Assembly (NCBI GenBank): GCA_963740355.1
Contig: CAVUDW010000002.1
Span: 2,016,001 to 2,080,000 of the forward strand
From: an uncultured Gemmatimonadaceae bacterium
GTDB taxonomy: Bacteria > Gemmatimonadota > Gemmatimonadetes > Gemmatimonadales > Gemmatimonadaceae
DNA length: 64,000 bases
Direction: 5' to 3'
The notes under the pieces were generated by a model. It ran no database searches, was not told the origin of the DNA, and saw nothing but the letters and a program-made list of their open reading frames with translations. Below, piece by piece: positions 17,974 to 28,700 of this stretch. How positions within the stretch are numbered: position 1 is the stretch's first letter; each line of letters begins with the position of its first letter. The position numbers and the translations under genes are program-made.

Positions 17974-19914
17974 TCAGGACCACGCGACGTTGGCGTCGGC
18001 CAGCGCCTTCAACGCCGCATCAGTCTCGGGATTGCGGAGCGACTCGGCGTCGTGGTCGGCGATGAACATCAGCACGTCGTTGATCGCCATCGGTCGGCTG
18101 AACAGGAAGCCTTGGCCGACGTTGCAGCCAAGCGCGGTCAGGACCGCCTGCTGCGCCGTCCGCTCGATACCCTCGGCCACCACGTCGACACCGAGCGAGT
18201 GTGCGAGCGTGATCATCGTCCGAACGAATGACGCCTCGCGATCACCCTCATCCATACGCGCGACGAAGGTTTGATCGATCTTCAGTTCGTCGACAGGAAA
18301 AAATTGCAGGTGCGAGAGGGAGGAGTAGCCGGTGCCGAAGTCGTCGATCGCGATCCGTACGCCGAGCGCGCGAATCGCCTGCAGCGTGGCGTGTGCCGTC
18401 TCGGGCGCACGCATCATCTGGCTCTCGGTGATCTCGAGGATCAGCAGCTTCGCGTCGAGTCCCGATGCGGCGAGGGCATTGCGCACGTCGTCATAGAGAT
18501 GCTCGTACTCGAGCTGCCGCGGCGCGAGGTTGACGGAGACGCTGGGCGTCGAGCCATGGCGATCCGCCCACCCGGCAGCGTACAGGCAGGCTTCGCGCAG
18601 CGCCCACCGACCAATCGGAACGATGATGCCGGTTTCCTCCGCCACCGACAGGAACTCCGCCGGTGCCACGAGGCCACGCCGCGGGTGGCGCCAGCGCAGG
18701 AGGGCCTCGAAACCTCGAAGCGCCCCGGTCTGCAAGTTCATCAGTGGCTGGAACTGGAGCTCGAACTCGTGATGAGCCACTGCGCGTCGCAGGTCCTGCT
18801 CCAGTTCGAGCCATGACAATGCGCGGGCGTGCATGCTGGGATCGAAGACTCGGACGCAGTGCTTCCCTGAATTCTTGGCCGAGTACATGGCAACGTCGGC
18901 ATTGCGCAAGACGGCCTCGCCTTCCTCACCAGGGGTCGCCAGCGCGATGCCGATGCTGACGCTGACCACAACTTCGCGTTCAGCGACGGTCACCGGGCGG
19001 GAGATCACGCGCAGCAGGCGCTCGGCCAGCGACTCGATCTCGTCGTCGTTCTGCACTACCTCGATCACGATCGCAAACTCGTCACCCCCGAGGCGCGCGA
19101 CCGTTTCTCCGCTGCGCACGGTGCTCGAGATGCGCGTTGCAATGACACGCAGGAGCTGATCACCGGCGGCATGACCGAGCGAGTCGTTCACACGCTTGAA
19201 TCCGTCGAGGTCGAGCAGCAGGACGGCCACGCTGTTGCGCGTGCGCACGCGTCGCTCGAGGGCGTGCCGAAGGCGATCATGGAAGAGGGCGCGGTTGGCG
19301 AGGCCCGTCAAGTCGTCCTGGAAGGCGCGGCGCACGAGTTCTTCCTCCATGCGCTTCCGCTCCGTGACATCCTGCAGCATCACCATCAACCGCGATTCGC
19401 CGGCTGCCTGCACCCGCGCGACAGTGAGCTGCCCCCAGATGATCGAGCCATGCTTGTGCTCGAATCGCTGCTCCAGAGTCACTGACTCACGTGAGGCGGT
19501 GAGCAGCTCGCTGCAGGCGGCGATGATGCTGCTGGCGTCGTCGGCGGCGAGGAACCGCGCGATCGATTGGCCCACCATCTCGTCCGGTGCATACCCGAGC
19601 ATGTCTCGACAGGCCGGATTCGCCTGCAGGATCGTGCCGTCGCGGGCGAGCACCTGGATGGCGATTCCTGCATAGTCGAAGAAGGCCTGGAAGCGTGCGC
19701 TGCTTTCGCGCTCGGATCGCTCTGATGCTCGCACCGTCGCGAGTCGCTCCTCCAGCTCGAGCGATAGCTCGTCCATCATTCGACTGGACTGCGCGCGGTC
19801 GCGCTCCATGTCCTCCAACGCACGGCTGGCGGCGTCGAGCACCGACTGCAGCGCGGGTGAAATCTCCGCGCCGCCGAGGTGGCGACGGACAGGACGAGAC
19901 AACGCCGGGTGCAT
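17974..19914 (-). CDS. PAS-GGDEF-EAL diguanylate cyclase/phosphodiesterase
   Basis: PAS (ANPACRDMLGY), DDLTGLANR, intact GGDEF, FEALLRW, DDFGTGYSSL, ELKID, VAEGIE. Confidence 0.95.
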   Translation of the reverse strand: MHPALSRPVRRHLGGAEISPALQSVLDAASRALEDMERDRAQSSRMMDELSLELEERLATVRASERSERESSARFQAFFDYAGIAIQVLARDGTILQANPACRDMLGYAPDEMVGQSIARFLAADDASSIIAACSELLTASRESVTLEQRFEHKHGSIIWGQLTVARVQAAGESRLMVMLQDVTERKRMEEELVRRAFQDDLTGLANRALFHDRLRHALERRVRTRNSVAVLLLDLDGFKRVNDSLGHAAGDQLLRVIATRISSTVRSGETVARLGGDEFAIVIEVVQNDDEIESLAERLLRVISRPVTVAEREVVVSVSIGIALATPGEEGEAVLRNADVAMYSAKNSGKHCVRVFDPSMHARALSWLELEQDLRRAVAHHEFELQFQPLMNLQTGALRGFEALLRWRHPRRGLVAPAEFLSVAEETGIIVPIGRWALREACLYAAGWADRHGSTPSVSVNLAPRQLEYEHLYDDVRNALAASGLDAKLLILEITESQMMRAPETAHATLQAIRALGVRIAIDDFGTGYSSLSHLQFFPVDELKIDQTFVARMDEGDREASFVRTMITLAHSLGVDVVAEGIERTAQQAVLTALGCNVGQGFLFSRPMAINDVLMFIADHDAESLRNPETDAALKALADANVAWS

Positions 19915-21056
19915 CAGCGTTCGCCGATCGTGGTGATGGTCATGGTCTGGTTGTGGAGCAGTGCGTGCATGTCGGTGCCGGTGGACGGAGGCCCGATTTC
20001 GCCATTGCCGTAGAAGCCCGTCACCACGACGCCAGGCGCGAGCTGGCTGACCTCTTCGATCTCTTCTTCCGTCCTGCTGCGGAGCACCTCACGGCGACCG
20101 ATGCACGACACACAGAGCACTGCACTCGGCGCGACGCCGTTCATCCCGGCTTGGGCGCCACGTATCGCGTGTGCGGCGGCGTCGAGAATGCTGTCATTGG
20201 TCGAGCGCATGAGTCGCACGCGGAAGCCCTGCGGCATGTCGCCCGCAAAGCGGAGCGAGCCTGCCTCGTCGTCGATGCCAAGGATCGTGCGCACGACCAT
20301 CGGGCCGCCGTCGGGCGGCGTGAGCGAAAGCGGAAAGCGCAGTGCACTGCCTGGCAGTTCCGCGGCCAGATCGCCGAGATACCGACGATAGATGTCCAGC
20401 GCACGCTGGTCGTCCAGTTCGTACACCGTTGCGCCATCCGCGCGCGAGATGATCCGCTCTGGCCCGAATGGCTCCCATCCACCGCCACTCGCAGTGCCGA
20501 TCGCGAGACGCTCACCACTGAGCGTCACGGCGACGACGCGTCGCTCCATCGGCGGTCCATCAACACCAAGCCCGGTCCTGACGAACGACACGCCATCGCT
20601 TGCCAGCCCGCCAGACACGGTCACGCCCTGGCGCAGTGCGGTGTTGAATGCTGCCGTGAATGCCGCGCCGTTGAGGTAGAGGCCGTCGAGGAGCAGCAGC
20701 ACATGCCGAACGGATGGATCGACGCTGATGTCCTGCCCGAGCTCGCGGCCGAGTGTCTCGCTCGCCACCACACCAACGCCATCACGCGTGTACACCTGCA
20801 CCGACGCCGCGTCGAAGGCGAGGCCGGTCAGCACGACTTCGGCGTCGAGCAGGTCGAGTCCATCGATCTGGCCACCGGCGGTGGAGTAGACGAGCCGTGC
20901 GTTCGGCCAGCGCTCGCGGACCTCCACAAACCAGCGATCGGGTGGTGCGTCGACCGGACCGAACGCGAGCAGCAGTTGCACGTCCGCTTGTACGCCGGTG
21001 TGGGGGGCGTCAGACCACCCAGCGTCGGAGGACCAGCGGAGTGAGAAGGCACGCAT
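19914..21056 (-). CDS. FIST N/C domain sensor protein (NosP-like)
   Basis: STAGG, GGLAS, GWEPFGP, ELDDQRAL, SCIGRR, GFYGNGEI, LHNQTMTIT; stop overlaps the start of the GGDEF-EAL gene. Confidence 0.92.
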   Translation of the reverse strand: MRAFSLRWSSDAGWSDAPHTGVQADVQLLLAFGPVDAPPDRWFVEVRERWPNARLVYSTAGGQIDGLDLLDAEVVLTGLAFDAASVQVYTRDGVGVVASETLGRELGQDISVDPSVRHVLLLLDGLYLNGAAFTAAFNTALRQGVTVSGGLASDGVSFVRTGLGVDGPPMERRVVAVTLSGERLAIGTASGGGWEPFGPERIISRADGATVYELDDQRALDIYRRYLGDLAAELPGSALRFPLSLTPPDGGPMVVRTILGIDDEAGSLRFAGDMPQGFRVRLMRSTNDSILDAAAHAIRGAQAGMNGVAPSAVLCVSCIGRREVLRSRTEEEIEEVSQLAPGVVVTGFYGNGEIGPPSTGTDMHALLHNQTMTITTIGER

Positions 21057-21122
21057 TCGAGTGGGCGGGTGAGGACGACCTCAACGTTCGACGAAGTGCC
21101 GTCCGGCACCTGCTGCCTGAGA

Positions 21123-21149
21123 GGGTCGACCAGTGGGGGGTGGACTTGA
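21123..21149 (-). promoter_or_regulatory. Candidate sigma-28 (FliA) promoter for the FIST/GGDEF-EAL operon
   Basis: Minus strand TCAAG-N14-GTCGACCC resembles the TCAAG-N14-GCCGATA FliA consensus. Confidence 0.3.
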
Positions 21150-21185
21150 GATGCTAGCGTTCGAAATGCAGGACGATCGCTGGCC

Positions 21186-23609
21186 TCAGACCTCGAGAAA
21201 TTCCTCGACCAGCTGTTTGTCCCGAGCGGGAGCGGCCGCTGCCTTGGGGCGCGGTGGCCGACGGGTGGCCCCGCGCGCTGTCTCCCGACCGTTATTCGCG
21301 CCACGATCTCGTTCCTCGCGGCTGTTCCAGTCGCGCGTCTTGAAGCCCTGTGCCGCGTCGCCGAGCTTGGCGGCTTGTGCCCGCATCTCCTCGGCGCCTG
21401 ACGCGCCTTCTTCGGCGCCAGCGGCGACCGACTGCGCGAGACTGTTGAGCTCACTCATGCGACCGGTGATGTCGCGCACCTGATCTCGCTGTGACGTGAT
21501 CTCCTTCGTCATGCTGGACGCTGTTTCATCCACACGTTCGACGGCGATCGCGATCGCTGCCAGCACGCGCTGCACATCATCTCGCAGCGTCACGCCACGA
21601 TCCGCATCCTGCACGGCGGCCTCGATCATGGCGCTGGTGCTGCGCGCAGCCTCGGCGCTACGGAGCGCCAGCGCGCGGACTTCCTCGGCCACCACGGCGA
21701 AACCGCGGCCGGCGTCACCCGCCCGTGCTGCCTCGACGGCGGCGTTGAGCGCCAGCAGGTTGGTCTGGAACGCAATCTCGTCGATGGTCTTCACCACCTT
21801 GCTGGTTGCGTCGCTCGATTCCTTGATGCGCGTGATGGCATCGCCAAGGTCACTTGCCACGCGGGTGCCGTTCTGGACGTTCTCGCGTGCCGTCGCGGCC
21901 AGTGTGGTGACGTCGGCGGCGCTGCGTGCCACACGTTCGGCCATCTCCGACAGGTCCTTCGTCGCTGCATCCACGGCCTCGATCGCGCCGGCCTGCCGCT
22001 GCGAGTTGTGGGCGAGGGTCTCGCTGGTGGCGGCGATGTGCTCGGAGGCGTCGGCAACCTGATGCACCGACTGGCGCACCTGCCGCATGGCGACGGAGAG
22101 CTGCTCGGCCGCCGTGTTGACCGAATGGGCAATCGCGGAATAGTCGCCCTGGTATTCGCCAAGCATCCGCACTTCGAGGTCACGTGCGGCCATGCCTTCG
22201 AGCGCACCCTTGGCTTCGCTGAGCGGGCGCTCGATGGCGTCCAGCATGCGATTCAACTCCTGCACCAACTCCCTGAATTCCCCTTCGAACTCCGCGGGTT
22301 CGGCGCGGACGTTGAGGGTGCCGGCGACGGCGGAATCGGCCATCTGTCGGCTCGTCTTCACCAGCGAACGCATGGTTTCCTGCACCAGTGCAACGGCGAC
22401 GCCAGTGCCACGTGATGCGGTGATCATGCCGTCCAGGCTGCCCGCCATCACGCCCAGTTCGTCGTTGCTGGTGATGGCCAACAGTGGAATGTTGTCGTCG
22501 ATCGTGCCATCGAACTGACCGCGCGACAGGCGGCTGAGCACATCCTGGATCTGCACGAGCAGTTGTGACTGCACCTGCTGGGCGCGTTGTGTGACGCGCT
22601 GCGTGACGCGCAGCACGTTGCGGATGGTCTGTGTGGCAGCCGAAACCGAGACGAGCAACACCGTCAGGCTGCCGATCAGCACCACCAGCAACGTCGAGAG
22701 CGCCTTGGTCGACTCGGTCTTCGCTCGCGACGTGAGCGAGTCGGTGAGGGCCATCTCGAGTGAGCGCTGCTTGTTGATGACGGCGCTGGCGGCAGTGAAC
22801 CAACCCGTGATTGTGACAGGGATGACCGCCCCAGCCGGCACACTCTCGACGGTTGACCGGAAGGTCGCCATCGTCTTGTGCTCCGGCATGGCGTCGATCA
22901 CGCCGAGCTCGCCCAGAAAGGATTGGGCCGCGCCGCCGCGCAACTGTTCGGACGCGATCTCCTGCCCGATGACCGATGTCACCCACGAGCGCTGCATCGA
23001 TGCCGTCGGGAACGCTCCACTGGTGAGCGCCGCGTTGAGCGTGCCGCGTTCAATCGCAGACCATTCCTTGAGGTGCCCCAGCATGTCGATCTGGCGCATC
23101 GAGGCGCGCGCATCGTTCGACGTGATGCCTTCGCTGTAGGCATCGAGTGCTTCGCGCAGGGTGTTGATGTTCGCGCTGTACCGTTGCAGCGCGAGCTCGG
23201 CCGAGACCTGGCGCGAGTCGACGGCCGCACGCGTGAGTCCGACCGTATCGATCGCGCCTTCGATTGCCGCTGCGGTGGGTGCCAGCGTTGCGATCCGGGT
23301 GGTGGACATCGACGTGCGATACGCGTCACGCACGCTATCCGAGACAAGTCTCTGGGCGGCCAGTTCACTGGCGAACTTCGTGCCTCCACTCGCGACGTAG
23401 GCTGCCGACAGCCCGCGCTCCATCTGCCATTCGTGGACCAGCGCTGTCGTACTGCCGAGCAGCACCGTGATCCGCTCCAGATCTCGCCCGTCGCGCCAGC
23501 TTCGAAATTGCTCCGTGATGACGACGCTGGCGAAGGCGATCGCAATCAGCAGCGGGAGGCCGGCCGCCGCGATCAGCTTGCCGCGGAGACCGGAGAAGAA
23601 GTAGCGCAT
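21186..23609 (-). CDS. Methyl-accepting chemotaxis protein with NIT (nitrate/nitrite) sensor domain
   Basis: Two TM helices; NIT-type boxes [11 protein letters not shown] and [14 protein letters not shown]-like segments; [37 protein letters not shown]. Alternative start 23657. Confidence 0.92.
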   Translation of the reverse strand: MRYFFSGLRGKLIAAAGLPLLIAIAFASVVITEQFRSWRDGRDLERITVLLGSTTALVHEWQMERGLSAAYVASGGTKFASELAAQRLVSDSVRDAYRTSMSTTRIATLAPTAAAIEGAIDTVGLTRAAVDSRQVSAELALQRYSANINTLREALDAYSEGITSNDARASMRQIDMLGHLKEWSAIERGTLNAALTSGAFPTASMQRSWVTSVIGQEIASEQLRGGAAQSFLGELGVIDAMPEHKTMATFRSTVESVPAGAVIPVTITGWFTAASAVINKQRSLEMALTDSLTSRAKTESTKALSTLLVVLIGSLTVLLVSVSAATQTIRNVLRVTQRVTQRAQQVQSQLLVQIQDVLSRLSRGQFDGTIDDNIPLLAITSNDELGVMAGSLDGMITASRGTGVAVALVQETMRSLVKTSRQMADSAVAGTLNVRAEPAEFEGEFRELVQELNRMLDAIERPLSEAKGALEGMAARDLEVRMLGEYQGDYSAIAHSVNTAAEQLSVAMRQVRQSVHQVADASEHIAATSETLAHNSQRQAGAIEAVDAATKDLSEMAERVARSAADVTTLAATARENVQNGTRVASDLGDAITRIKESSDATSKVVKTIDEIAFQTNLLALNAAVEAARAGDAGRGFAVVAEEVRALALRSAEAARSTSAMIEAAVQDADRGVTLRDDVQRVLAAIAIAVERVDETASSMTKEITSQRDQVRDITGRMSELNSLAQSVAAGAEEGASGAEEMRAQAAKLGDAAQGFKTRDWNSREERDRGANNGRETARGATRRPPRPKAAAAPARDKQLVEEFLEV

Positions 23610-23671
23610 GAGGAGGCGGACGGATGCCGAGGGTTTGGCGGCGCCCGAGTGACGCATGCCATCCGAAGGAA

Positions 23672-23699
23672 GTGTCGGCCTCGATATATCAGGGCTTGA
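23672..23699 (-). promoter_or_regulatory. Candidate sigma-28 promoter for the MCP
   Basis: Minus strand TCAAG-N15-GCCGACAC immediately upstream of a chemoreceptor gene. Confidence 0.45.
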
Positions 23700-23724
23700 C
23701 CCCGATTAGCGCATATCGAGCAAA

Positions 23725-24675
23725 TTACCGGGGCGGACTGCCCGGATGGGCTGACAGAAACGCCAGTATCCTCGGGCTTACCACGCTTGCCTGCTCGAGA
23801 TTCGGCAGATGGCCGGCGGAATCAACGGCGACGTACTCGATGCCCGGAATCGCGTCGCGGACCACGCCGGAATTGGTGATCGGCACCGTGGTGTCCTCCT
23901 TGCCCCAGATCAGGAGGACCGGCACGCCTGTCTTGCCGACGGCGGCGTAGTGCGCCGCGTAGTCGGTCTGGCTGGCGGTGATCGATGACCTGAGCAACGC
24001 GCGGCCGAAGCCCCGATAACGCATCTGCGGGCGGTAGCGGTCAGCCCAGTCGGGCCAGCGACCGGGGTGAAGGAAGTCGGATGACTGGCCGTCAGCGGCC
24101 TTCGGCGCTTGCATGACCTGCCAGAACCAGGGGCCGATCACGGGCAATGTGAGAAACGCTGGAACCGATGGGGCGACCGCCACCGGGTCCACCAACGTCA
24201 GTGTCCGCACTCGGTTTGCGTGGGTGGCCGCGTAGTGTCCAGTCACGAATCCACCGTATGACAACCCCATCAAGTCGATCGGCCCGCTGACGTGCAGTGA
24301 GTCGAGGAGTCCACTCAACTGCCGGTCATACAGCGCGCCGTCGTAAATCACATCGGGACGATCGGAGAGCCCACGACCGTAGACGTCATACCGAATCACG
24401 CGATACCCGGCGGCGCTGAGTGCGACCGCGGTCGAGTCCCAGATGTAGTAGGGCACCGAGAAGCCGTGCACCAGCACCGCCACGCGGCCGGTGTCCGGCC
24501 CCAGCACCTCGTAGTGCGTCACGCCATCCGCGAGGGTCACGAATTTCCCGGGAGCGCCGGCGCGACTCTCGGCGTCGAGTGTCGCGGTTTCCGGATTCCG
24601 CCAGAAGAATGCGCCGAAGGCACTGGCGACAGCGACGAGCACGAGGAGGGCGATGGCGCGAAGGAAGCGTTTCAT
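23725..24675 (-). CDS. Alpha/beta hydrolase with N-terminal TM helix
   Basis: LVHGF, YDVYGRGLS, nucleophile elbow GLSYGG, WGKED, AGH. Confidence 0.9.
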   Translation of the reverse strand: MKRFLRAIALLVLVAVASAFGAFFWRNPETATLDAESRAGAPGKFVTLADGVTHYEVLGPDTGRVAVLVHGFSVPYYIWDSTAVALSAAGYRVIRYDVYGRGLSDRPDVIYDGALYDRQLSGLLDSLHVSGPIDLMGLSYGGFVTGHYAATHANRVRTLTLVDPVAVAPSVPAFLTLPVIGPWFWQVMQAPKAADGQSSDFLHPGRWPDWADRYRPQMRYRGFGRALLRSSITASQTDYAAHYAAVGKTGVPVLLIWGKEDTTVPITNSGVVRDAIPGIEYVAVDSAGHLPNLEQASVVSPRILAFLSAHPGSPPR

Positions 24676-24796
24676 GCGACGGGGGCGAGGGGAAGAGTCC
24701 GGTCGCCGAAACATGCCAAGGCGGTCAGTATTTCGCACTCCCGCGAATAGCTTCCGAATTCCCAGCGCAGGCACGCCCACCGTTTCCGGTAGTGAG

Positions 24797-25399
24797 ATGT
24801 CGGTCCAGCGCCCAGCATGCGACGAAGCCCTGCGCGCTCGGCTTGACGCGATCTGCGTCGAGGGGTGGGAGCTGTTCGAGGAATTCGACACGCGTGTGCG
24901 CGACAAGGAATTCCATCCCTTCGTGAACGCCGACTACGAATCGGTGCGTGACGCCTTGCTGCTCCATCGCGCGCCAGGCGCCCGCTTCCTGGAATGGGGA
25001 TCGGCCACCGGGGTGATCACCATCATGGCCGCAATGATGGGCTTCGATGCCATCGGGATCGAGATCGATTCGTCGCTGGTGCGGACGGCGCGCCAGTTGG
25101 CGAAGAAGCATGGCGCAGCGGCACGATTCGTCGAGGGGAGCTTTCTACCGACCGGGTATCGTTGGCGCTCGCCGGTGGCCAACGATGTGTCGTTCACCAC
25201 TGGCGAAGGCCTGTCGGGATACCTGCAGCTCGGTATCGCCCTCGACGACTTCGATGTCGTGTTCGGATACCCGTGGGGCGGGGAAGCGCCGATGATGCTC
25301 GACCTGATGCGGCAGTATGGCAGGGACGACGCGTTGCTGCTGTTGAACGATACGACGGGCGGCGTACGAGCCTATCGCGGCGGCAAGGAAGTGGCGTGA
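24797..25399 (+). CDS. Class I SAM-dependent methyltransferase
   Basis: FLEWGSATG, GIEID, DVVFGYPW. Confidence 0.8.
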   Translation: MSVQRPACDEALRARLDAICVEGWELFEEFDTRVRDKEFHPFVNADYESVRDALLLHRAPGARFLEWGSATGVITIMAAMMGFDAIGIEIDSSLVRTARQLAKKHGAAARFVEGSFLPTGYRWRSPVANDVSFTTGEGLSGYLQLGIALDDFDVVFGYPWGGEAPMMLDLMRQYGRDDALLLLNDTTGGVRAYRGGKEVA

Positions 25400-25452
25400 C
25401 GTTCGCCGGACCGGTGCGGCGACGTCGGCCGAAAGCTGTCGTGCCGTCTTGT

Positions 25453-26763
25453 TCAGGCGCTCCGCCGAGTCGTGACCGCGCGCCCCACCAGGTACACCAG
25501 CGCACCGGCGATCGTTGCGATCACCACATCGCGCGTTTCGGCCCACGAGGTTCCCGTCAACAGCCAGACGATGAGGCCCAACGCCAGGACAGGGATTGTC
25601 ATGCCGCCAGGAAGCATGAACAACGCGGGCGACATCGTTGGACGCCGTCGGAAGACAGGGATCGAGATGATGGTCACCACGAAGGCGAACAGCCGTGAAA
25701 TGGTGCTGATGGTGAGCAGGTAGATGTGGCCGCGGGTCAGGGTCAGGATCAGGACCGCGGCACAGGACAGCACGATGGAGAGGACCGGGGTGCGGTATTC
25801 CGGATGGAGCACGGCAAGCGCGCGCGGCAGTTGTTTCGCCTCGGCCATCGCGAAGGGAATGCGGGAGATCGCGAGAATGCCGCCATTGATCGTGCCGAGC
25901 ATGGAGATCGCCGCCCCGATCACGATGATGGTGGCACCAGCGGGGCCAAGAAAGGTTCGCGCGGCATCAGCCAGCGGGCGAGTGGACTGCGCCAGCCCTG
26001 GCAGGGTGCCAACGCACACCGCCTGAATGCCGACGTAGAGCGCTGCCACTCCGATCAGCCCCACCGCCAGCGAGAATGGGGCGTCCTTGCGCGGTTCGCG
26101 CATCTCACCGGCCGCCACCAGTGCCGTTTCCCAGCCGACGAACGCAAATCCCAGCAACAACACTGCCGACGAAAAATCCTTGCGGCTCGGATCGATGGCG
26201 AAGTTGAACTGCGCGGCGTCGATGTGGGGCAGGCCAAGCGCAACGAACAGCAGCAGCGGCGCGAGTTTGGCGATGGTGATGAGCGTGCCGAAACGCGTCG
26301 CACCACGCGTGCCATGAATGTGCAGCGCAGCCAGCGAACAGATCACCAACGTCAAGAGGAGTGCACGCGGCACGCCGCTGCCAACGGCGGGCACCAGAAA
26401 TGACAGGTACTCCGCCAGCACGCCGGCGATGGCGCACAATCCGGTGACGCGCGCGAGCCAGAGCAGCCAGCCGACCACGAATGCCGTGAACGGTCCGAAG
26501 GCCTCGGCGGCATACATGTATGGCCCGCCGGTTTCAGTAAACCGACTGCTGACCTCTGCAAAACAGGCGACGATGAACCCCATCAGCAGCGCGCATGCGA
26601 CGATCGCCAGCAGCCCCCACGCACCCAGCAGCGCGTGCACCTTTTGCGGCAGCCCGAAGATGCCGGCACCGACGATACCGTTGATCACCAACGCAACCAT
26701 GTCCCATCGTCCGACGACGCGCAGCAGGCCGGGCGACGCGGGCTTGACCGTCGGTGCCGTCAT
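25453..26763 (-). CDS. APC family amino acid permease
   Basis: INGIVGAGIF, FAEVSSRFTETGGPYMY, GFAFVGWE; about 12 TM helices. Confidence 0.92.
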   Translation of the reverse strand: MTAPTVKPASPGLLRVVGRWDMVALVINGIVGAGIFGLPQKVHALLGAWGLLAIVACALLMGFIVACFAEVSSRFTETGGPYMYAAEAFGPFTAFVVGWLLWLARVTGLCAIAGVLAEYLSFLVPAVGSGVPRALLLTLVICSLAALHIHGTRGATRFGTLITIAKLAPLLLFVALGLPHIDAAQFNFAIDPSRKDFSSAVLLLGFAFVGWETALVAAGEMREPRKDAPFSLAVGLIGVAALYVGIQAVCVGTLPGLAQSTRPLADAARTFLGPAGATIIVIGAAISMLGTINGGILAISRIPFAMAEAKQLPRALAVLHPEYRTPVLSIVLSCAAVLILTLTRGHIYLLTISTISRLFAFVVTIISIPVFRRRPTMSPALFMLPGGMTIPVLALGLIVWLLTGTSWAETRDVVIATIAGALVYLVGRAVTTRRSA

Positions 26764-27905
26764 GTGACGGGCGCAACGGATGCGCCTCGCAGTGCGGTTG
26801 TCGAAGGCTGTGCGAGCGAACCGCGCAACCGCGGCATCACCATCTCACCAAATCGCCGGCACTCTTCGAGATGTGGATATCCCGACAGGATGAAGGTCGA
26901 AATGCCAAGCGCCTGATAGGCGCGCAGCTTCGCTTCCACCTGTTCGGGGTTGCCGACGATCGCGACACCCACACCGCTTCGTGCCAATCCAACACCGGCC
27001 CACAGATGATCATCCACCACCAGTGACGGGCCTGACGCAAGCGCGCGCTGCCGTCGCTGCCCCTCGGAGTCCGCGCTCTCTGCTGCAGCGATGAATGCCG
27101 CGCGTGTCGCCGGATCGATGCGGCTGATCAGGCGCTCCGCCGCGTCCCACGCCTCGGCTTCCGTCTCGCGCACGATGACATGACAGCGCAGGCCATAACG
27201 CACAGTACGGCCAGCGATCACTTCCTGCGCGCGCATCGTCTCGAGTCGGGCCGCCACCGCTGCCACCGTATCACCCCACACCAGGTAGACATCGGCCAGT
27301 TCCGCGGCGAGTTGCTGGGCTGCGGTGCTGTGGCCGCCGAGATAGATAGGGATCGCGGGCGATGGTTTGGGGGCCAGCAGCGCGCCGGTGGTCTGATAGA
27401 ACTCGCCGGCAAAATCGACCACGGGTTCACTCCACAATCGCCGCAGGACCTGCATGAATTCACGCGTGCGGGCGTAGCGGGTGTCATGTGTCTCGTGATC
27501 GCCGTACATCGCATTCTCGGCCGGATTGGAACCGGTCACGATGTTGATGCGCACGCGACCGGGGAAGAGCGTGGCGGCGGTGGCGGCCATCTTGGCGAAG
27601 ATCGCCGGATGAAACATTCCCGGTCGCACGGCGATCAACAGTCCGGCGCCTTCCGTTCGCGCCAGGGTCGCGACAGATGCGGTCCACGCATCGTGTTCGG
27701 CGTGGAAATTGGTCGCAGTCAGCAGGCTGCTGAAGCCCATCTCGCTTGCGGTTTCGACCAGGCTCGCGAGGTAGGGGAGTGTTGGCCGGCGATGTGGCCC
27801 AGCACCCAGGAATTCACCATCCGCAGCAAGCTGGCAGAACCAGAGCAGGTCGAGTGGATCGGCCGCGCTGTGGCCAGACGCAGGGGGCTGCAACGCGACG
27901 GTCAT
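26760..27905 (-). CDS. LLM-class flavin-dependent monooxygenase (SsuD-like)
   Basis: LIAVRPG, RINIVTG, IYLGGHS, LWAGVG, FILSGYPHLEE; ATGA-type overlap with the permease. Start at MTVALQ assumed. Confidence 0.88.
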   Translation of the reverse strand: MTVALQPPASGHSAADPLDLLWFCQLAADGEFLGAGPHRRPTLPYLASLVETASEMGFSSLLTATNFHAEHDAWTASVATLARTEGAGLLIAVRPGMFHPAIFAKMAATAATLFPGRVRINIVTGSNPAENAMYGDHETHDTRYARTREFMQVLRRLWSEPVVDFAGEFYQTTGALLAPKPSPAIPIYLGGHSTAAQQLAAELADVYLVWGDTVAAVAARLETMRAQEVIAGRTVRYGLRCHVIVRETEAEAWDAAERLISRIDPATRAAFIAAAESADSEGQRRQRALASGPSLVVDDHLWAGVGLARSGVGVAIVGNPEQVEAKLRAYQALGISTFILSGYPHLEECRRFGEMVMPRLRGSLAQPSTTALRGASVAPVT

Positions 27906-28162
27906 CTGGGTCGGTCGAGGGTTCGGCGCGCGGACGCCGCGCATCACGGCGAAGTCGCGAGGCGGCGTCGGCTCTCTTCGGAGGCTACGGAGTGCGGGAG
28001 ATGACGTCAAGGCGTCGGCAGTGTGCCGCGCAGTTGCTGCGTCAGCGTGCAGCATCCAATGGCAGTCCGTCGTATATATCGCGGTGTCATCTCGTCGTCC
28101 CGAACGTGCCGGGTGCGAGGGTGCCGACTCTGCGGCCGACACGACCAATTGGAGACTGACAC

Positions 28163-28690
28163 GTGCGCCTCAACGTTCTTGCGCGACGAGTGCACTACTG
28201 GGTGACGCTCGGCATCGCGCTTCCCGTCGCCGTGATCATCAGCACGGGAGTGTTGCTTCAAATCAAGAAGCAGTCGCACTGGGTGCAGCCGAAGGAGATT
28301 CGTGGCACCGGCACGACGCCAACTCTCGACCTGCACCAGATCGTCGCGGCCGTGCAGACCGTACCTGCGTTGGGTGTCACAGGGTGGGACGACATCAAGC
28401 GCATGGACATTCGTGCTGATCGAGGCCTTGCCAAGGTCACCGTGAAAGGGGATTGGGAGGTACAGGTGGACCTCGGCACGGGTCGCGTGCTCCAGGCCGC
28501 GTATCGACGATCGGACCTGATCGAGTCGCTCCACGATGGATCGTTCTTCCTTGGTGACCTGACCAAGCTTGGCCTGTTCCTGCCGACTGGAATTGCCCTG
28601 GTGGTGATGTGGCTCTCCGGACTGTGGATGTTCTGGCTCCCATTCTCCGTCCGACGCAAGCGGCGCCGCGCGCTCGTCGTCCCATCGTGA
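28163..28690 (+). CDS. PepSY-associated TM helix / PepSY domain protein
   Basis: RRVHYW..STGVLL and RRSDLIESLHDGSFF..SGLWMF. Confidence 0.82.
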   Translation: MRLNVLARRVHYWVTLGIALPVAVIISTGVLLQIKKQSHWVQPKEIRGTGTTPTLDLHQIVAAVQTVPALGVTGWDDIKRMDIRADRGLAKVTVKGDWEVQVDLGTGRVLQAAYRRSDLIESLHDGSFFLGDLTKLGLFLPTGIALVVMWLSGLWMFWLPFSVRRKRRRALVVPS

Positions 28691-28700
28691 GGTGCGCGAC

